Translations under genes and position numbers: made by a program
Shown here: positions 1 through 9,334 of the stretch, piece after piece
Layout: the number at the start of each line of letters is the position of its first letter
Position numbering within the stretch: the stretch's first letter is position 1
The notes under the pieces: model-generated
The model's input: only the letters and a program-made list of their open reading frames with translations
Database searches by the model: none
Told to the model about the DNA's origin: nothing
NCBI GenBank assembly: GCA_032654565.1
Contig: JAULAX010000015.1
Coordinates: 192,001-256,000 of the forward strand
Reading direction: 5' to 3'
From: Anaeromyxobacteraceae bacterium
Lineage (GTDB): Bacteria > Myxococcota > Myxococcia > Myxococcales > Anaeromyxobacteraceae
DNA: 64,000 nt

Positions 1-293
1 TCCGGCTCCCAGAGCCAGTAGCCGACCTGGTCGTGGAAGGTGAGCGGCTCGTCGAGCTTGTTGACGTGCTGGTGGTAGCGCAGGCCGTAGAGCAGCTGGG
101 GACCGTTGGCCTGCGGGTCGATGGGCTTGAAGACGATCCGCTCCCGGTAGGGCTCGTCCTCCGTCCCCTCGGCCACCGGGTGGGTGTCGACGCCCTCGCC
201 CTCCCAGGTGCCGGCCAGCGCCGCCAGCGGGCCGAGGTGGCGGAGCGTCTCCATGTCGATCTCGGCGGGCTCGGTGTAGATGTCGCGGGCCAT
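1..293 (-). CDS. FABP-like/nitrobindin (DUF1794) heme-binding beta-barrel protein, runs off the window edge (partial)
   Basis: Manual translation MARDIYTEPAEIDMETLRHLGPLAALAGTWEGEGVDTHP...QLLYGLRYHQHV...FHDQVGYWLWEP. LGPLxxLAGTWEG and HDQVGYWLW are typical of the family. AAGGAG RBS lies upstream. Confidence 0.8.
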   Translation of the reverse strand, partial: MARDIYTEPAEIDMETLRHLGPLAALAGTWEGEGVDTHPVAEGTEDEPYRERIVFKPIDPQANGPQLLYGLRYHQHVNKLDEPLTFHDQVGYWLWEP

Positions 294-386
294 GGCGGCG
301 CTCCTTGGGGTGCGGCGGAGGCCGGATGCTAGCACCGGCCGCGGACCTTGCTATCCTCCCGGTCACGCCACGAAAAGGAGCCCCCC

Positions 387-653
387 GTGCCCGAGCCCCG
401 CACCGCCGTCGACTTCTACACCTTCATCCTCTCGCTCGGCTCGTCGGTGCTGGTCCACCTCGGCGACGCGCCCCACCCGGAGACCGGGAAGGCGGGCGAG
501 AAGAACCTGGCGCTGGCGCAGCAGAGCATCGAGATCCTGGCCATGCTGGAGCAGAAGACCCGCGGCAACCTCTCGCCCGAGGAGGCCAAGCTGCTCGACC
601 AGCTGCTGCTCGACCTCAAGCTCAGGTACGTGGAGGCGAGCAAGACCAAGTGA
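387..653 (+). CDS. DUF1844 domain protein
   Basis: FxTFILSLGSSVLVHLG...P..G....NL.LAQQSIEILAMLEQKTRGNLS.EE..LL..LL.DL.LRYV pattern. AAGGAG RBS before GTG at 387. Confidence 0.85.
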   Translation: MPEPRTAVDFYTFILSLGSSVLVHLGDAPHPETGKAGEKNLALAQQSIEILAMLEQKTRGNLSPEEAKLLDQLLLDLKLRYVEASKTK

Positions 654-698
654 GCGGGTGAGGAGGCGAGCGGGAGGAAGTGAAGGTCGGGCCGCGGG

Positions 699-761
699 GG
701 AGAAGGTGACGCGGGGGCCGTGAGCTGCGCCGGAGAAGGTGACGCGGGGGCCGTGAGCTGC
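699..761. repeat. Two exact 30-bp direct repeats (period 33) in a convergent intergenic region
   Basis: ggagaaggtgacgcgggggccgtgagctgc at 699-728 and 732-761. Confidence 0.9.
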
Positions 762-831
762 TGCTGGGTCCTTGAGAGGTTGCTGGCCGTGTCGGACCTG
801 GAGCGGGGTCCCGTGCTGGAGGGTTCGGATT

Positions 832-856
832 CCGCCGAGCGAAGCTCGGCGGCTAT
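832..856. terminator. Perfect 9-bp hairpin with GAA loop; REP-like or terminator element abutting a stop codon
   Basis: ccgccgagc-gaa-gctcggcgg (832-852). On the minus strand it is preceded by ATAG, which includes the TAG stop of the 853-1125 gene and resembles GTAG-type REPs. Confidence 0.5.
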
Positions 857-1125
857 AGCCCCGCCTGCAGCATGGCGTCGGCGAGCCGCCGGATCAGCTC
901 GCGCCGCACCACCCGCCGGGTCCGCGACAGGGCGTTGGGGTCGCGCCGGGCCTGGCTCCCCACCCGCCGGCGCGCCGCCTCGACGATCCAGGCGATGCGG
1001 CGCGGGTCGAGCCGCGGCGCCCGGGAGCTCTCCTCGAGGAAGAACCCGAGCCCGCGGCCATCGAGCGTGCTGTGGAGGGCTCGCCGGGCCTGGCTGACGA
1101 GCGTGAGGTCGACGACGTTCGGCAC
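853..1125 (-). CDS. Small basic hypothetical protein (90 aa)
   Basis: ORF with natural-looking composition downstream of bioD; no family recognised. Confidence 0.6.
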   Translation of the reverse strand: MPNVVDLTLVSQARRALHSTLDGRGLGFFLEESSRAPRLDPRRIAWIVEAARRRVGSQARRDPNALSRTRRVVRRELIRRLADAMLQAGL

Positions 1126-1177
1126 GCCGCGATCTGTAGGATCGATCGCCGGGGCGATCCAATTTTCTGCGGCGCGA

Positions 1178-1849
1178 CTAAAATTGGACTTTGCCGAGCA
1201 GCGCGGATCTCAGGAAAGGCTCTCTGGCAGCGATATCGCGCAGGTACGGCAGCGTCGCCAGCACCGGGGCGCCGGTGAGCTTCTCGATCTCGGCGGCGTT
1301 GTGCGGCACCGACGGATCGTCCTCGGGCCCGGTCCGGTTGAGCACCAGGCCGGCCACCGCCAGGCCGCGCGCGCGCAGCGCCTCCACGGTCAGCGCCGCG
1401 TGGTTCACCGTGCCCAGCCCGGCCCGGGCCACCACCAGCACCGGCAGGCCGAGCGCCACCGCCAGGTCGGCGTAGGTCTCCGTCGGGGTCAGCGGCACCA
1501 GCAGGCCGCCCGCCCCCTCCACCACCAGCGCCGCGTGGCGCGAGGCCAGCGCCCGGGCCGCCTCGAGGAGGCGCGCCAGCGAGATCTCCACGCCGGCCAG
1601 CCGGGCCGCCACCCCCGGCGCCAGCGGCGCCTCGAACTCATACGGGCAGACCAGCTCGAAGGGATCGCCGCCGCCGGCCGCGGCCCGCAGCCGGACCGCG
1701 TCGCTCGGCTCGCCTGCGGTGACGCCGGACTGGGCCGGCTTCATGGCCCCGACGTCCAGCCCGGCCGCCCGCGCCCCGCTCACCAGGGCGCAGGCCACCT
1801 CGGTCTTGCCCACCCCGGTGTCGGTGGCGGTGACGAAGAGGCCGCGCAT
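1178..1849 (-). CDS. bioD: Dethiobiotin synthase
   Basis: MRGLFVTATDTGVGKT P-loop, MKPAQSG, VEGAGGLLVPL, LGTVNH; directly downstream of bioA. Confidence 0.95.
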   Translation of the reverse strand: MRGLFVTATDTGVGKTEVACALVSGARAAGLDVGAMKPAQSGVTAGEPSDAVRLRAAAGGGDPFELVCPYEFEAPLAPGVAARLAGVEISLARLLEAARALASRHAALVVEGAGGLLVPLTPTETYADLAVALGLPVLVVARAGLGTVNHAALTVEALRARGLAVAGLVLNRTGPEDDPSVPHNAAEIEKLTGAPVLATLPYLRDIAAREPFLRSALLGKVQF

Positions 1850-1854
1850 GCGGG

Positions 1855-3243
1855 TCACCCGAGCCGGGCGGTGACGGCCTCGACGCCGTCGCCCACCACC
1901 GCCGCCAGCCGCTCCAGCTGGTCCACGGTCATGGCCAGCGGCGGCATCAGCACCACCACGTTGCCGAGCGGCCGCAGCAGCACCCCGGCCCGGCGCGCCT
2001 CCAGGCAGACCTGGTGCCCGACCCGGAGCGGGTAGTCGTACTCGGCCTTGGTGTCCCGGTCGCGCACCAGCTCCACCCCCACCATCAGGCCGCGCTGGCG
2101 GATCTCGCCGACGTGCCGGTGGCCGGCCAGCGGCCGGAGCGCCGCGGCCAGCGCCTCGATCTTCACCGGCAGCCCCTCGATGATCCGCTGCTCGCGGAAC
2201 AGCCTCATCGAGGCGGTGGCCACCGCGCAGGCCAGCGGGTTGCCGGCGTAGGTGTGGCCGTGGAAGAAGGTGCGCTTCGACTCGAACGGCCCCAGGAACG
2301 ACTCGAAGATGGTCTCGGTGGTGAGCGTGGCGGCCAGCGGCAGGTAGCCGCCGGTCAGCCCCTTGGCGATGGTCATGATGTCCGGGACCACCCCCTCCTG
2401 CTCCACCGCGAAGGTGGTGCCGGTGCGCCCCCAGCCGGTGGCCACCTCGTCGCAGACCAGCAGCGCCCCGTGGCGGTCGCAGAGCTCGCGCAGCCGGCGC
2501 AGGTACCCGGGCGGCTGGGTGATCATGCCGTCGGCCCCCTGCACCAGCGGCTCCACCACCAGCGCCGCGATCTTCCCGGGGCGGGCCAGGAAGATCGCCT
2601 CGACCTCGCCGGCGCAGGCCATGGCGCAGCCGGGCAGCGCCTTCCCCAGCGGGCAGCGGTAGCAGTAGGGCTGCGGGGCGTGGTGCACGTCGAAGAGCAG
2701 CGGCTTGAAGATGCGGTGGAACAGGTCGATGCCGCCCACCGAGACCGACCCGATGGTGTCGCCGTGGTAGCCGCCGGCGATCGACACGAACTCGCTCCGG
2801 GCCAGGTCGCCGCGCAGCTGGAAGTGCTGGTAGGCCAGCTTGATGGCGATCTCGACGGCGGTGGCGCCGGCGTCGGAGAAGAAGACCCGGGTCAGCGCCG
2901 CCGGGACGTGGCGAACCAGCTCCTCGGCGCACTCGATGGAGGCGGTGGAGCCGAGGCCGAGCAGGGTGGAGTGGGCGATGAGGTCGAGCTGGGCCCGCAG
3001 GGCGTCGTCGAGCGCCGGCACCCGGTGGCCGTGGACGTTGCACCAGAGCGAGGAGACGCCGTCGAGGTAGCGCCGCCCCAGGGTGTCGATCAGCTCGACG
3101 CCCTCGGCCCGGTCGATGATGAGCGGGTCCTCGGCCAGCCAGTCCTGCATCTGCGTGAAGGGGTGCCAGAGGTGGCGGTGGTCGGCGGCGGCCAGCCGCT
3201 GGTGGCGGGCGAGCCGCGCGGCTTCGGTGAGGGGTTCCTTCAT
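1855..3243 (-). CDS. bioA: Adenosylmethionine-8-amino-7-oxononanoate aminotransferase
   Basis: LWHPFTQM, DGVSSLWCNVHGH, YHGDT, EPLVQGA, DEVATGWGRTG, AKGLTGGYLPL, FFHGHTYAGNP. Confidence 0.95.
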   Translation of the reverse strand: MKEPLTEAARLARHQRLAAADHRHLWHPFTQMQDWLAEDPLIIDRAEGVELIDTLGRRYLDGVSSLWCNVHGHRVPALDDALRAQLDLIAHSTLLGLGSTASIECAEELVRHVPAALTRVFFSDAGATAVEIAIKLAYQHFQLRGDLARSEFVSIAGGYHGDTIGSVSVGGIDLFHRIFKPLLFDVHHAPQPYCYRCPLGKALPGCAMACAGEVEAIFLARPGKIAALVVEPLVQGADGMITQPPGYLRRLRELCDRHGALLVCDEVATGWGRTGTTFAVEQEGVVPDIMTIAKGLTGGYLPLAATLTTETIFESFLGPFESKRTFFHGHTYAGNPLACAVATASMRLFREQRIIEGLPVKIEALAAALRPLAGHRHVGEIRQRGLMVGVELVRDRDTKAEYDYPLRVGHQVCLEARRAGVLLRPLGNVVVLMPPLAMTVDQLERLAAVVGDGVEAVTARLG

Positions 3244-3315
3244 GAGGTGGGCAGGCTATCGCGGCGCGGCGCGGCGTGAAAGCGCGGCGTCGGGCGGAGC
3301 CGGCGCCAGCAGGAG

Positions 3316-4386
3316 CTAGGCCGCCCCCTCGATCCAGCCGCCACCGACCACCACCTCGCCGTCGTAGAGCACCGCCGCCTGGCCCGGCGCCACCGCCGCC
3401 ACCGGCTGGTCGAAGCGGGCGCTGAAGCCGGCCCCGTCGACGGTCACCGTGGCCGGCGACGCCCCCGGGGCGGAGCGGAGCTGCAGCCCCACCCGGCCGT
3501 CCGCCGGCAGCGCCCCCTGCCAGGAGGCGCGCCCGGCCCGCAGCCCGGACCGCAGCGTGGCGGCGCGCGGCCCCACCCGCACCGTGGCGGTGGCCGCGTC
3601 GACGCCGGTCACGTAGCGCGGCGCCTGCGCCCCGCCCGGGAGGCCGCGCCGCTGGCCCACGGTGAAGCGGGCGTAGCCCTGGTGGCGCCCCACCTCGCGC
3701 CCCGCCTCGTCGACGATGGGGCCGGGGGTGAGCGCCGCCGGGGCCCGCTCGGCCAGCAGCGCCGCGTAGCCGGCCTCGCCCACGAAGCAGATCTCCTGGC
3801 TGTCCGGCTTGTCGTGGACCGGCAGGCCGAGCCCGCGGGCCAGCTCACGCACCGCCGCCTTGTCCGGCAGCTCGCCGAGCGGCAGCAGCAGCCGGGCCCG
3901 GGCCTCGACCGGCAGGTCGAAGAGCACGTAGCTCTGGTCCTTCCGCACGGCCCGGGCCCGGGCGATGGCCGGCGCCCCGCCCCGCTCCACCACCCGGGCG
4001 TAGTGGCCGGTGGCGATGGCGTCGAAGCCGAGAGCGCGGGCCTGGGAGAGGAGCCGGGCGAACTTGACGTCGCGGTTGCAGCCGACGCAGGGGTTGGGGG
4101 TGCGCCCCAGCGCGTACTCGGCGACGAAGCCGTCGATGATCCGGGTGAAGTCGGCGGCCGCCTGCAGCACGAAGAGGTCGACCCCCAGCAGGCCGGCCAC
4201 CCGCCGGGCGTCGGCGGCGTCCTGCGGCGAGCAGCAGCCGCTCCCGCCGTCCGCCTCGGCGGCGGTGCCGAGGCAGACGAAGAGGCCGGTCACCTCCCAG
4301 CCCTGGTCGCGCAGCAGCGCCGCCGCCACCGACGAGTCGACGCCGCCGCTCATCCCCACCAGCACCTTGCCGCGCCCGCCCGCCAT
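3316..4386 (-). CDS. mnmA: tRNA 2-thiouridylase MnmA
   Basis: MSGGVDSS, GRTPNPCVGCN, ATGHYAR, KDQSYVL, DSQEICF, TVGQRRG, PGQAAVLY. Confidence 0.95.
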   Translation of the reverse strand: MAGGRGKVLVGMSGGVDSSVAAALLRDQGWEVTGLFVCLGTAAEADGGSGCCSPQDAADARRVAGLLGVDLFVLQAAADFTRIIDGFVAEYALGRTPNPCVGCNRDVKFARLLSQARALGFDAIATGHYARVVERGGAPAIARARAVRKDQSYVLFDLPVEARARLLLPLGELPDKAAVRELARGLGLPVHDKPDSQEICFVGEAGYAALLAERAPAALTPGPIVDEAGREVGRHQGYARFTVGQRRGLPGGAQAPRYVTGVDAATATVRVGPRAATLRSGLRAGRASWQGALPADGRVGLQLRSAPGASPATVTVDGAGFSARFDQPVAAVAPGQAAVLYDGEVVVGGGWIEGAA

Positions 4387-4392
4387 GGCCGG

Positions 4393-6426
4393 CTACTTCT
4401 TCTTCGGCGGGAAGGGGCGGGCCCCGCGCCGCGCCCAGGGCGGCCGCTGCCCCTCGCGGGCCGGGCGCATCGCCGAGGTCATGCGCTGGCCGGGGGCCAG
4501 CCGGCCGGTCCGGCGCAGCGCCTTCTCGATGAGCGGGGCGTTCTCCGGCTCGCCCCAGCGGATCAGCGCCTTCTGCATCCGCTTCTCCTCCGGGTCGCGC
4601 GCCACGTGGATGGGCTTCATGGTGAGCGGCGAGTAGCCGGACCAGAACATGTCCGAGGCCAGGGTCATGGGGGTGGGCATGAAGTCCTGCACCTGCTGCG
4701 GCTTCCAGCGGTTCTTCTGCAGGTACTCCATGAGCTGCACCGCCTCCTCCAGCGAGGCCCCGGGGTGGGAGGAGATGAAGTAGGGGACCAGGTACTGCTC
4801 CTTCCCCGCCTCGGCCGAGTACCTCTCGAAGTCCTTGCGCAGCTTCTCGAAGGACTCGACGCCGGGCTTCTTCATCACCTTGAGCACCGGCTCGCAGACG
4901 TGCTCGGGGGCCACCTTCAGCTGGCCGGAGACGTGGTGGGTGACCAGCGTCTTCAGGTAGCGGTCGCCGTTCTTCTCGTCGGCCTGGGCCAGGTCGTAGC
5001 GGACGCCGGAGCCGACGAAGAGGTGCTTGATCCCCTTCACCGCCCGGGCCTTCTCGTAGAGGTCGATGAGCGGGCCGTGGTCGACGGCGAAGAACTGGCA
5101 GACGCTGGGGTAGACGCAGGAGAGGCGCCGGCAGGCGGTGTGGGCCGCCTCGTCGGTGCAGCTCATCTGCCACATGTTGGCGGTGGCGCCGCCGAGGTCG
5201 GTGATGGTCCCCCGGAAGTTCTCCTTCTTCGCCAGCGCCGTCAGCTCGCGCAGCACGCTGGCCTCGGAGCGGCTGGCCACGTCGCGCCCCTGGTGCTCGG
5301 TGATGCAGCAGAAGCTGCAGCCGGCGGCGCAGCCGCGCAGGATCTGGATCGACCAGCGGATCTGCTCCAGCGCCGGGATGTGGAGGCCGCCGTAGCTGGG
5401 GTGGGCCTCGCGCACGTAGGGCAGCTCGGCGATGCGGTCGAGCTCGGGCGTGCTGGGCGGCGGCATGGGCTCGTTGACCACCACCAGGCGGGCCCGCTTG
5501 CCCACCCCGTGCGGCTGCACCATGACCCGGGCGTTGGCCTCGTTGTGCTCCAGGTGGTAGAGGCGCGAGAAGTCGGCGAAGGTGCGCTTGTCGGCAGCCA
5601 CCGCCTCGTAGCTCGGCAGGTGGAGCACGCCGCGCGGCCGCGACTCCAGCTGGGCCAGCGCCGGCTCGGCCACCGCCACCGCCGTCCCCGGGACGTCGAC
5701 GAGGCCGCAGACGTCCTCGCCCATGGCCAGCCGCCGGGCGATCTCCAGCACCGGCTTCTCCCCCTGGCCGTAGACCAGCAGGTCGGCGCCGGAGGGGATG
5801 AGGATGGAGGGCAGCACCTTGTCGTCCCAGTAGTCGTACTGGGCGATGCGGCGCAGCGAGGCCTCGATGCCGCCGATGACGATGGGCAGGGTCGGGCCGA
5901 AGGCCTGCCGGCAGAGCTTGGAGTAGACCACGGTGGCCCGGTCGGGCCGCTTCCCGGCCACGCCGCCCGGCGTGTAGGCGTCGTCGGAGCGGCGCCGCTT
6001 GGCCGCGGTGTAGTGGTTCACCATCGAGTCCATGGCCCCCGAGGCGATGGCCACGAAGAGCCGGGGGCGCCCCAGCCGCAGCACGTCGGCGGTGGAGCGC
6101 CAGTCGGGCTGGGCGACGATGCCGACCTTGAACCCCTGGGCCTCCAGCACCCGGCCGATCACCGCGGCGCCGAAGCTGGGGTGGTCCACGTAGGCGTCGC
6201 CGCTCACCAGCAGCACGTCCAGCTCCTTCCAGCCGCGCGCCGCCAGGTCGGCGGCGTGGAGCGGGAGGAAGGCGCTGGCGGGCACCGCCGGGGCCCGCGG
6301 GGGGCCACGGGTCGGCTGGTGTACCGGCAGGCCGCGCGGCGCGCCCGGCTTCGGAGCGGTGGCGGCGGGTCGCGGCGGCCCCGGGGAACCCGTCCGCTTC
6401 CCCTGGGTGTCGTCTGGACGGCTCAT
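4393..6426 (-). CDS. YgiQ-family radical SAM protein
   Basis: GDAYVDHPSFG, GGIEASLRR, CxxxCxxC (CAAGCSFC)+HQGR, DLGG.TANM, SGVRYDL, GQLKVAPEH, QVQDFMPTPMT. Confidence 0.92.
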   Translation of the reverse strand: MSRPDDTQGKRTGSPGPPRPAATAPKPGAPRGLPVHQPTRGPPRAPAVPASAFLPLHAADLAARGWKELDVLLVSGDAYVDHPSFGAAVIGRVLEAQGFKVGIVAQPDWRSTADVLRLGRPRLFVAIASGAMDSMVNHYTAAKRRRSDDAYTPGGVAGKRPDRATVVYSKLCRQAFGPTLPIVIGGIEASLRRIAQYDYWDDKVLPSILIPSGADLLVYGQGEKPVLEIARRLAMGEDVCGLVDVPGTAVAVAEPALAQLESRPRGVLHLPSYEAVAADKRTFADFSRLYHLEHNEANARVMVQPHGVGKRARLVVVNEPMPPPSTPELDRIAELPYVREAHPSYGGLHIPALEQIRWSIQILRGCAAGCSFCCITEHQGRDVASRSEASVLRELTALAKKENFRGTITDLGGATANMWQMSCTDEAAHTACRRLSCVYPSVCQFFAVDHGPLIDLYEKARAVKGIKHLFVGSGVRYDLAQADEKNGDRYLKTLVTHHVSGQLKVAPEHVCEPVLKVMKKPGVESFEKLRKDFERYSAEAGKEQYLVPYFISSHPGASLEEAVQLMEYLQKNRWKPQQVQDFMPTPMTLASDMFWSGYSPLTMKPIHVARDPEEKRMQKALIRWGEPENAPLIEKALRRTGRLAPGQRMTSAMRPAREGQRPPWARRGARPFPPKKK

Positions 6427-6476
6427 GGCGGCCCATACATGCTCGTTGCCACATCGTGAAGCAAGTCAGTGACCGC

Positions 6477-6505
6477 TTCACCACCTCGGGGGGTCGGGGT
6501 ATGAT
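6477..6505 (+). promoter_or_regulatory. Candidate sigma70-type promoter with an imperfect palindrome overlapping the -35
   Basis: TTCACC (6477-6482), 17 nt, TATGAT (6500-6505); inverted repeat gtgaagc...gcttcac spans 6456-6481. Confidence 0.4.
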
Positions 6506-6557
6506 CGGCGACGGGGATCGAGCCCGCCCCACCGGCGCCGTTCAACCACGAGAGTCC

Positions 6558-8303
6558 ATGGCTGATTCGCGCAGCATCATGCAGGAGTTCCGCTTCCTCG
6601 AGCAGAAGCGGCAGGCCGGGCCGCTGACCCCGGCCGAGTCGGCCCGCCACGCCGAGCTCCGCGACCTGGTGGGCTTCGAGCAGCCGCTCCCGGCCCGCGG
6701 CGGGTTCGACGTCACCGCCGCCGCCGCCCAGCTCCGCGAGTCGCTGCTCCCCGCCGGCCTGCGCAGCCGCCCCGTCGACTCGCCGGCGCCGCCGCCCCCC
6801 GCGCCCGCCTGGACCGCCCCGGTCGCCCCCCCGGCGCCGCCCCCCGAGGCGGCCGCCGACGCCTTCTTCGACCCGTCTTCTCTCGATCAGGACCCGTCCT
6901 CGCTCGACCAGGAGGTGCGGCCCCAGGCCTGGAACCCGGAGGCGCCCGGCTACGATCCCGACGCGCCCTACGACGAGGCCGCCTGGATCGCCGCCGGCTA
7001 CGACCCCTCCGCCACCTATGACTGGTCGGCGCTGGGCGGCGCCGATCCCTCCGCCCTCCCCGAGCCGGCCGCGGCCGTCGAGCCGGTGGAGGAGGCGGCC
7101 CTCGAGGAGGCGGTCCTGGAGGTGACGGAGGGCGAGCCGCCGCCGCTCGAGTTCGGTGAGTACGACGGCCCGGGCGCCCCCATCTCGCTCGGCGCACCGG
7201 AGGAGCCGCTCCCCCCCGCGCCGGCCACGCCCGCCCCGGTCTTCGGCGACTACGACACCCCCGCGCCCACGGCGCTGAGCGCGGTGGGCGAGCCGTTCTA
7301 CGGTGGGCCGGAGGGCGACAGCCTCCCCGGCGGCGCGCCGCTGGAGCTGGGCGAGGCACCGGCCAACTGGGCGCCCGAGGGGGCGCTCGACGTCGGCTTC
7401 GAGCTGGCCTCCGACGGCTCCTTCGGCGAGCCGGCGCCGCCACCGCAGGTGGCCCCCTGGTCCGGGCCGGAGCAGGCCGCGCCGGCCGATCTCTGGGCCA
7501 GCGCCCCGGCGCTCGATCTGAGCACCCCCTTCTCGGCGACCCCCATCCCCGCCACCCTGGTCTCGCCCCCGCTGGAGGCGGCGCTGGGGCGGCTCGAGCC
7601 GGAGGAGACGCTGGAGCAGCTCCTCGAGGCGCCCATCGAGCTCACGCCCGAGCCGGACCCCGAGCCGGCCTTCGAGGCGCTGCCGGCCGAGCCGGATCAG
7701 GCCCCCCGGAACCTCGCCGACCTCGACTCGGCCGTGGAGATCGACGTGCCGCCCGAGATCTCCGCCGCCTACGACCTGGTGCCGGCCGCCCCGCCGCCCC
7801 TCGACTTCGGCGCCCCGCCGCCCGCGGCGCGGACCGCACCGGCACCGGCGCCAGCTCCCGCTCCCCTGGCGAAGGCGCCGGCGCCGGTCGAGCCGGAGCC
7901 GGAGATCCGTCCGGCCCCGAGCGGCGGCTTCGCCGTGGTGGCCGGCGTCAACCGGGTCACCGTCCACACCCTCGACGGGCGGGTGCTGCGCGGCACGCTC
8001 ACCGACAGCGACCTGGAGGCGGCGGAGCTGAAGCTCGACACCGGCACCCCCGGCCAGGCCATCGCCCTGCCCACCGCCGACGTCAAGGCCATCTTCTTCA
8101 TGCTGGCGCCCGGCGAGACGCCGCCGGCGGCGCAGGGGAAGCGGGTGCGGGTGGCCTTCCGCGACGGCCGCCAGGTGGCCGGGATCTCCCCCGACTACCA
8201 GGAGGGCGGCCTCGGCTTCTTCATGATCCCGGTCGACACCCGGACCAACACCGGGCGGATCTGGGTCTACCAGGCCGCCGTCAAGCAGGTGACGGTGAGC
8301 TGA
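6558..8303 (+). CDS. Myxobacterial protein with long acidic Pro/Ala-rich disordered region and C-terminal DUF6982-like domain
   Basis: C-terminus RVTVHTLDGRVLRG...VKAIFF...GKRVRVAFRDGRQVAG..DY....GFFMIPVDTRTNTGRIWV. Confidence 0.7.
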   Translation: MADSRSIMQEFRFLEQKRQAGPLTPAESARHAELRDLVGFEQPLPARGGFDVTAAAAQLRESLLPAGLRSRPVDSPAPPPPAPAWTAPVAPPAPPPEAAADAFFDPSSLDQDPSSLDQEVRPQAWNPEAPGYDPDAPYDEAAWIAAGYDPSATYDWSALGGADPSALPEPAAAVEPVEEAALEEAVLEVTEGEPPPLEFGEYDGPGAPISLGAPEEPLPPAPATPAPVFGDYDTPAPTALSAVGEPFYGGPEGDSLPGGAPLELGEAPANWAPEGALDVGFELASDGSFGEPAPPPQVAPWSGPEQAAPADLWASAPALDLSTPFSATPIPATLVSPPLEAALGRLEPEETLEQLLEAPIELTPEPDPEPAFEALPAEPDQAPRNLADLDSAVEIDVPPEISAAYDLVPAAPPPLDFGAPPPAARTAPAPAPAPAPLAKAPAPVEPEPEIRPAPSGGFAVVAGVNRVTVHTLDGRVLRGTLTDSDLEAAELKLDTGTPGQAIALPTADVKAIFFMLAPGETPPAAQGKRVRVAFRDGRQVAGISPDYQEGGLGFFMIPVDTRTNTGRIWVYQAAVKQVTVS

Positions 8304-8381
8304 GCTTCACCCCGGGTCGATGGGGCCTGGCGCGGCGGGCGGCACGGCGCTGGCCGTGGTCCTCGGGCTCGGGGCGGGCCC

Positions 8382-9137
8382 CTAGTTCAGGTACTCGCCC
8401 GGCGGCCGCGGCCCCGGGTCGACGATCTCGAAGCGGCTCCTGGCCCGGCGCAGCTTCGCCTCCCGCCAGCGGCCGGTGAGCCGGCGCCAGCGCCGCCGCG
8501 GCTGGTCGCTCACCAGCAGCCAGGCGATGAGCAGCGCCGCCAGGTTGGGCAGGTAGAAGGCCAGCCGCTCCAGCGGGCCGAGGGCGGGCGGGCCGAGCGC
8601 CAGCGCCCAGGCCGGCGTCCCCCAGCCGATCACCCGGGCCACGGTCAGGCCGCGCATCTCCAGCACGCCGAACCAGCTGAGCCGCTGCTCCGGGTAGGTG
8701 AGCCCCCAGCAGACCAGCAGGGCGTTCACCAGCGGCCAGATGCCGTGGATCCGCAGCTCCCAGCCGACCGGGGCCAGCAGCAGCGCGGTGAGGAGCCCGG
8801 CGCCGCCGGACAGGATCGCCACCCTGAGGAGGAAGACCCGCTCGCCCCAGGCCCCGGTGAGCTGCCGGCCCAGCCAGACCAGCAGCAGGCCGGCGAAGAG
8901 CACGGTCAGGAAGCTGCCGGGGAGCGCCCCCTCCAGGAAGGGCCAGGTCAGGTAGCGCCAGGGCTGCAGCAGACGCCAGCCGTCCTCGACGTCGAGGTTG
9001 AGCCAGCCGCCCAGCGCCGGGAAGATCGTCGCTCCCAGCGTGACCAGCACCAGCGCAGCCAGCAGGCCGCCCACCGCCGCCGGCACCTGCCCGCCCAGCG
9101 TCAGGGCGTCGCGCACCCGGTGACCGCCGCGGGCCAT
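8382..9137 (-). CDS. Rhomboid-like intramembrane protein, probably catalytically inactive
   Basis: QPWRYLTWPF, LGRQL...WGERVFL, several TM helices; GxS and His motifs are not evident. Confidence 0.7.
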   Translation of the reverse strand: MARGGHRVRDALTLGGQVPAAVGGLLAALVLVTLGATIFPALGGWLNLDVEDGWRLLQPWRYLTWPFLEGALPGSFLTVLFAGLLLVWLGRQLTGAWGERVFLLRVAILSGGAGLLTALLLAPVGWELRIHGIWPLVNALLVCWGLTYPEQRLSWFGVLEMRGLTVARVIGWGTPAWALALGPPALGPLERLAFYLPNLAALLIAWLLVSDQPRRRWRRLTGRWREAKLRRARSRFEIVDPGPRPPGEYLN

Positions 9138-9334
9138 CAGGCCGGCTCCTTCTCCCGGTAGAAGAACGTGATGGTCAGGCAGTGGAACTCCTGGTCGGAG
9201 CTCTGCGTCACCTGCCGGTCGACCACCTCCAGCCCCGGATGGCCGGCCAGCCAGCGGGTGATCTGCTCACCCATGACCTCGCGGTCCCTCGCCAACGTCG
9301 TCGAGAAGACCTTCACGCCCGTGAACGCCACCAT
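9137..9334 (-). CDS. Small conserved-type hypothetical protein (65 aa)
   Basis: MVAFTGVKVFSTTLARDRE.MGEQIT.WL...VTQSSD.EFHCLTITFFY; GGAGG RBS; stop overlaps the rhomboid-like start. Confidence 0.8.
   Translation of the reverse strand: MVAFTGVKVFSTTLARDREVMGEQITRWLAGHPGLEVVDRQVTQSSDQEFHCLTITFFYREKEPA

Noticed and set aside
699..761. 30-bp repeats here and at 54116-54177 as a possible CRISPR array
   Set aside because: Only two copies each, separated by 2-3 bp rather than spacer-length sequence; no cas genes.
3682..6459. Very long alternative-frame and antisense ORFs (e.g. 3682-6459 +, 14740-17970 +, 18603-21761 -, 57657-60350 -)
   Set aside because: Shadow ORFs expected in high-GC DNA: they overlap well-supported genes and have Arg/Gly/Pro- or Val/Gly/His-biased sequence without motifs.
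6870..6911. 21-bp internal duplication (DPSSLDQ x2) in the DUF6982-like gene
   Set aside because: Ordinary expansion within a disordered linker.
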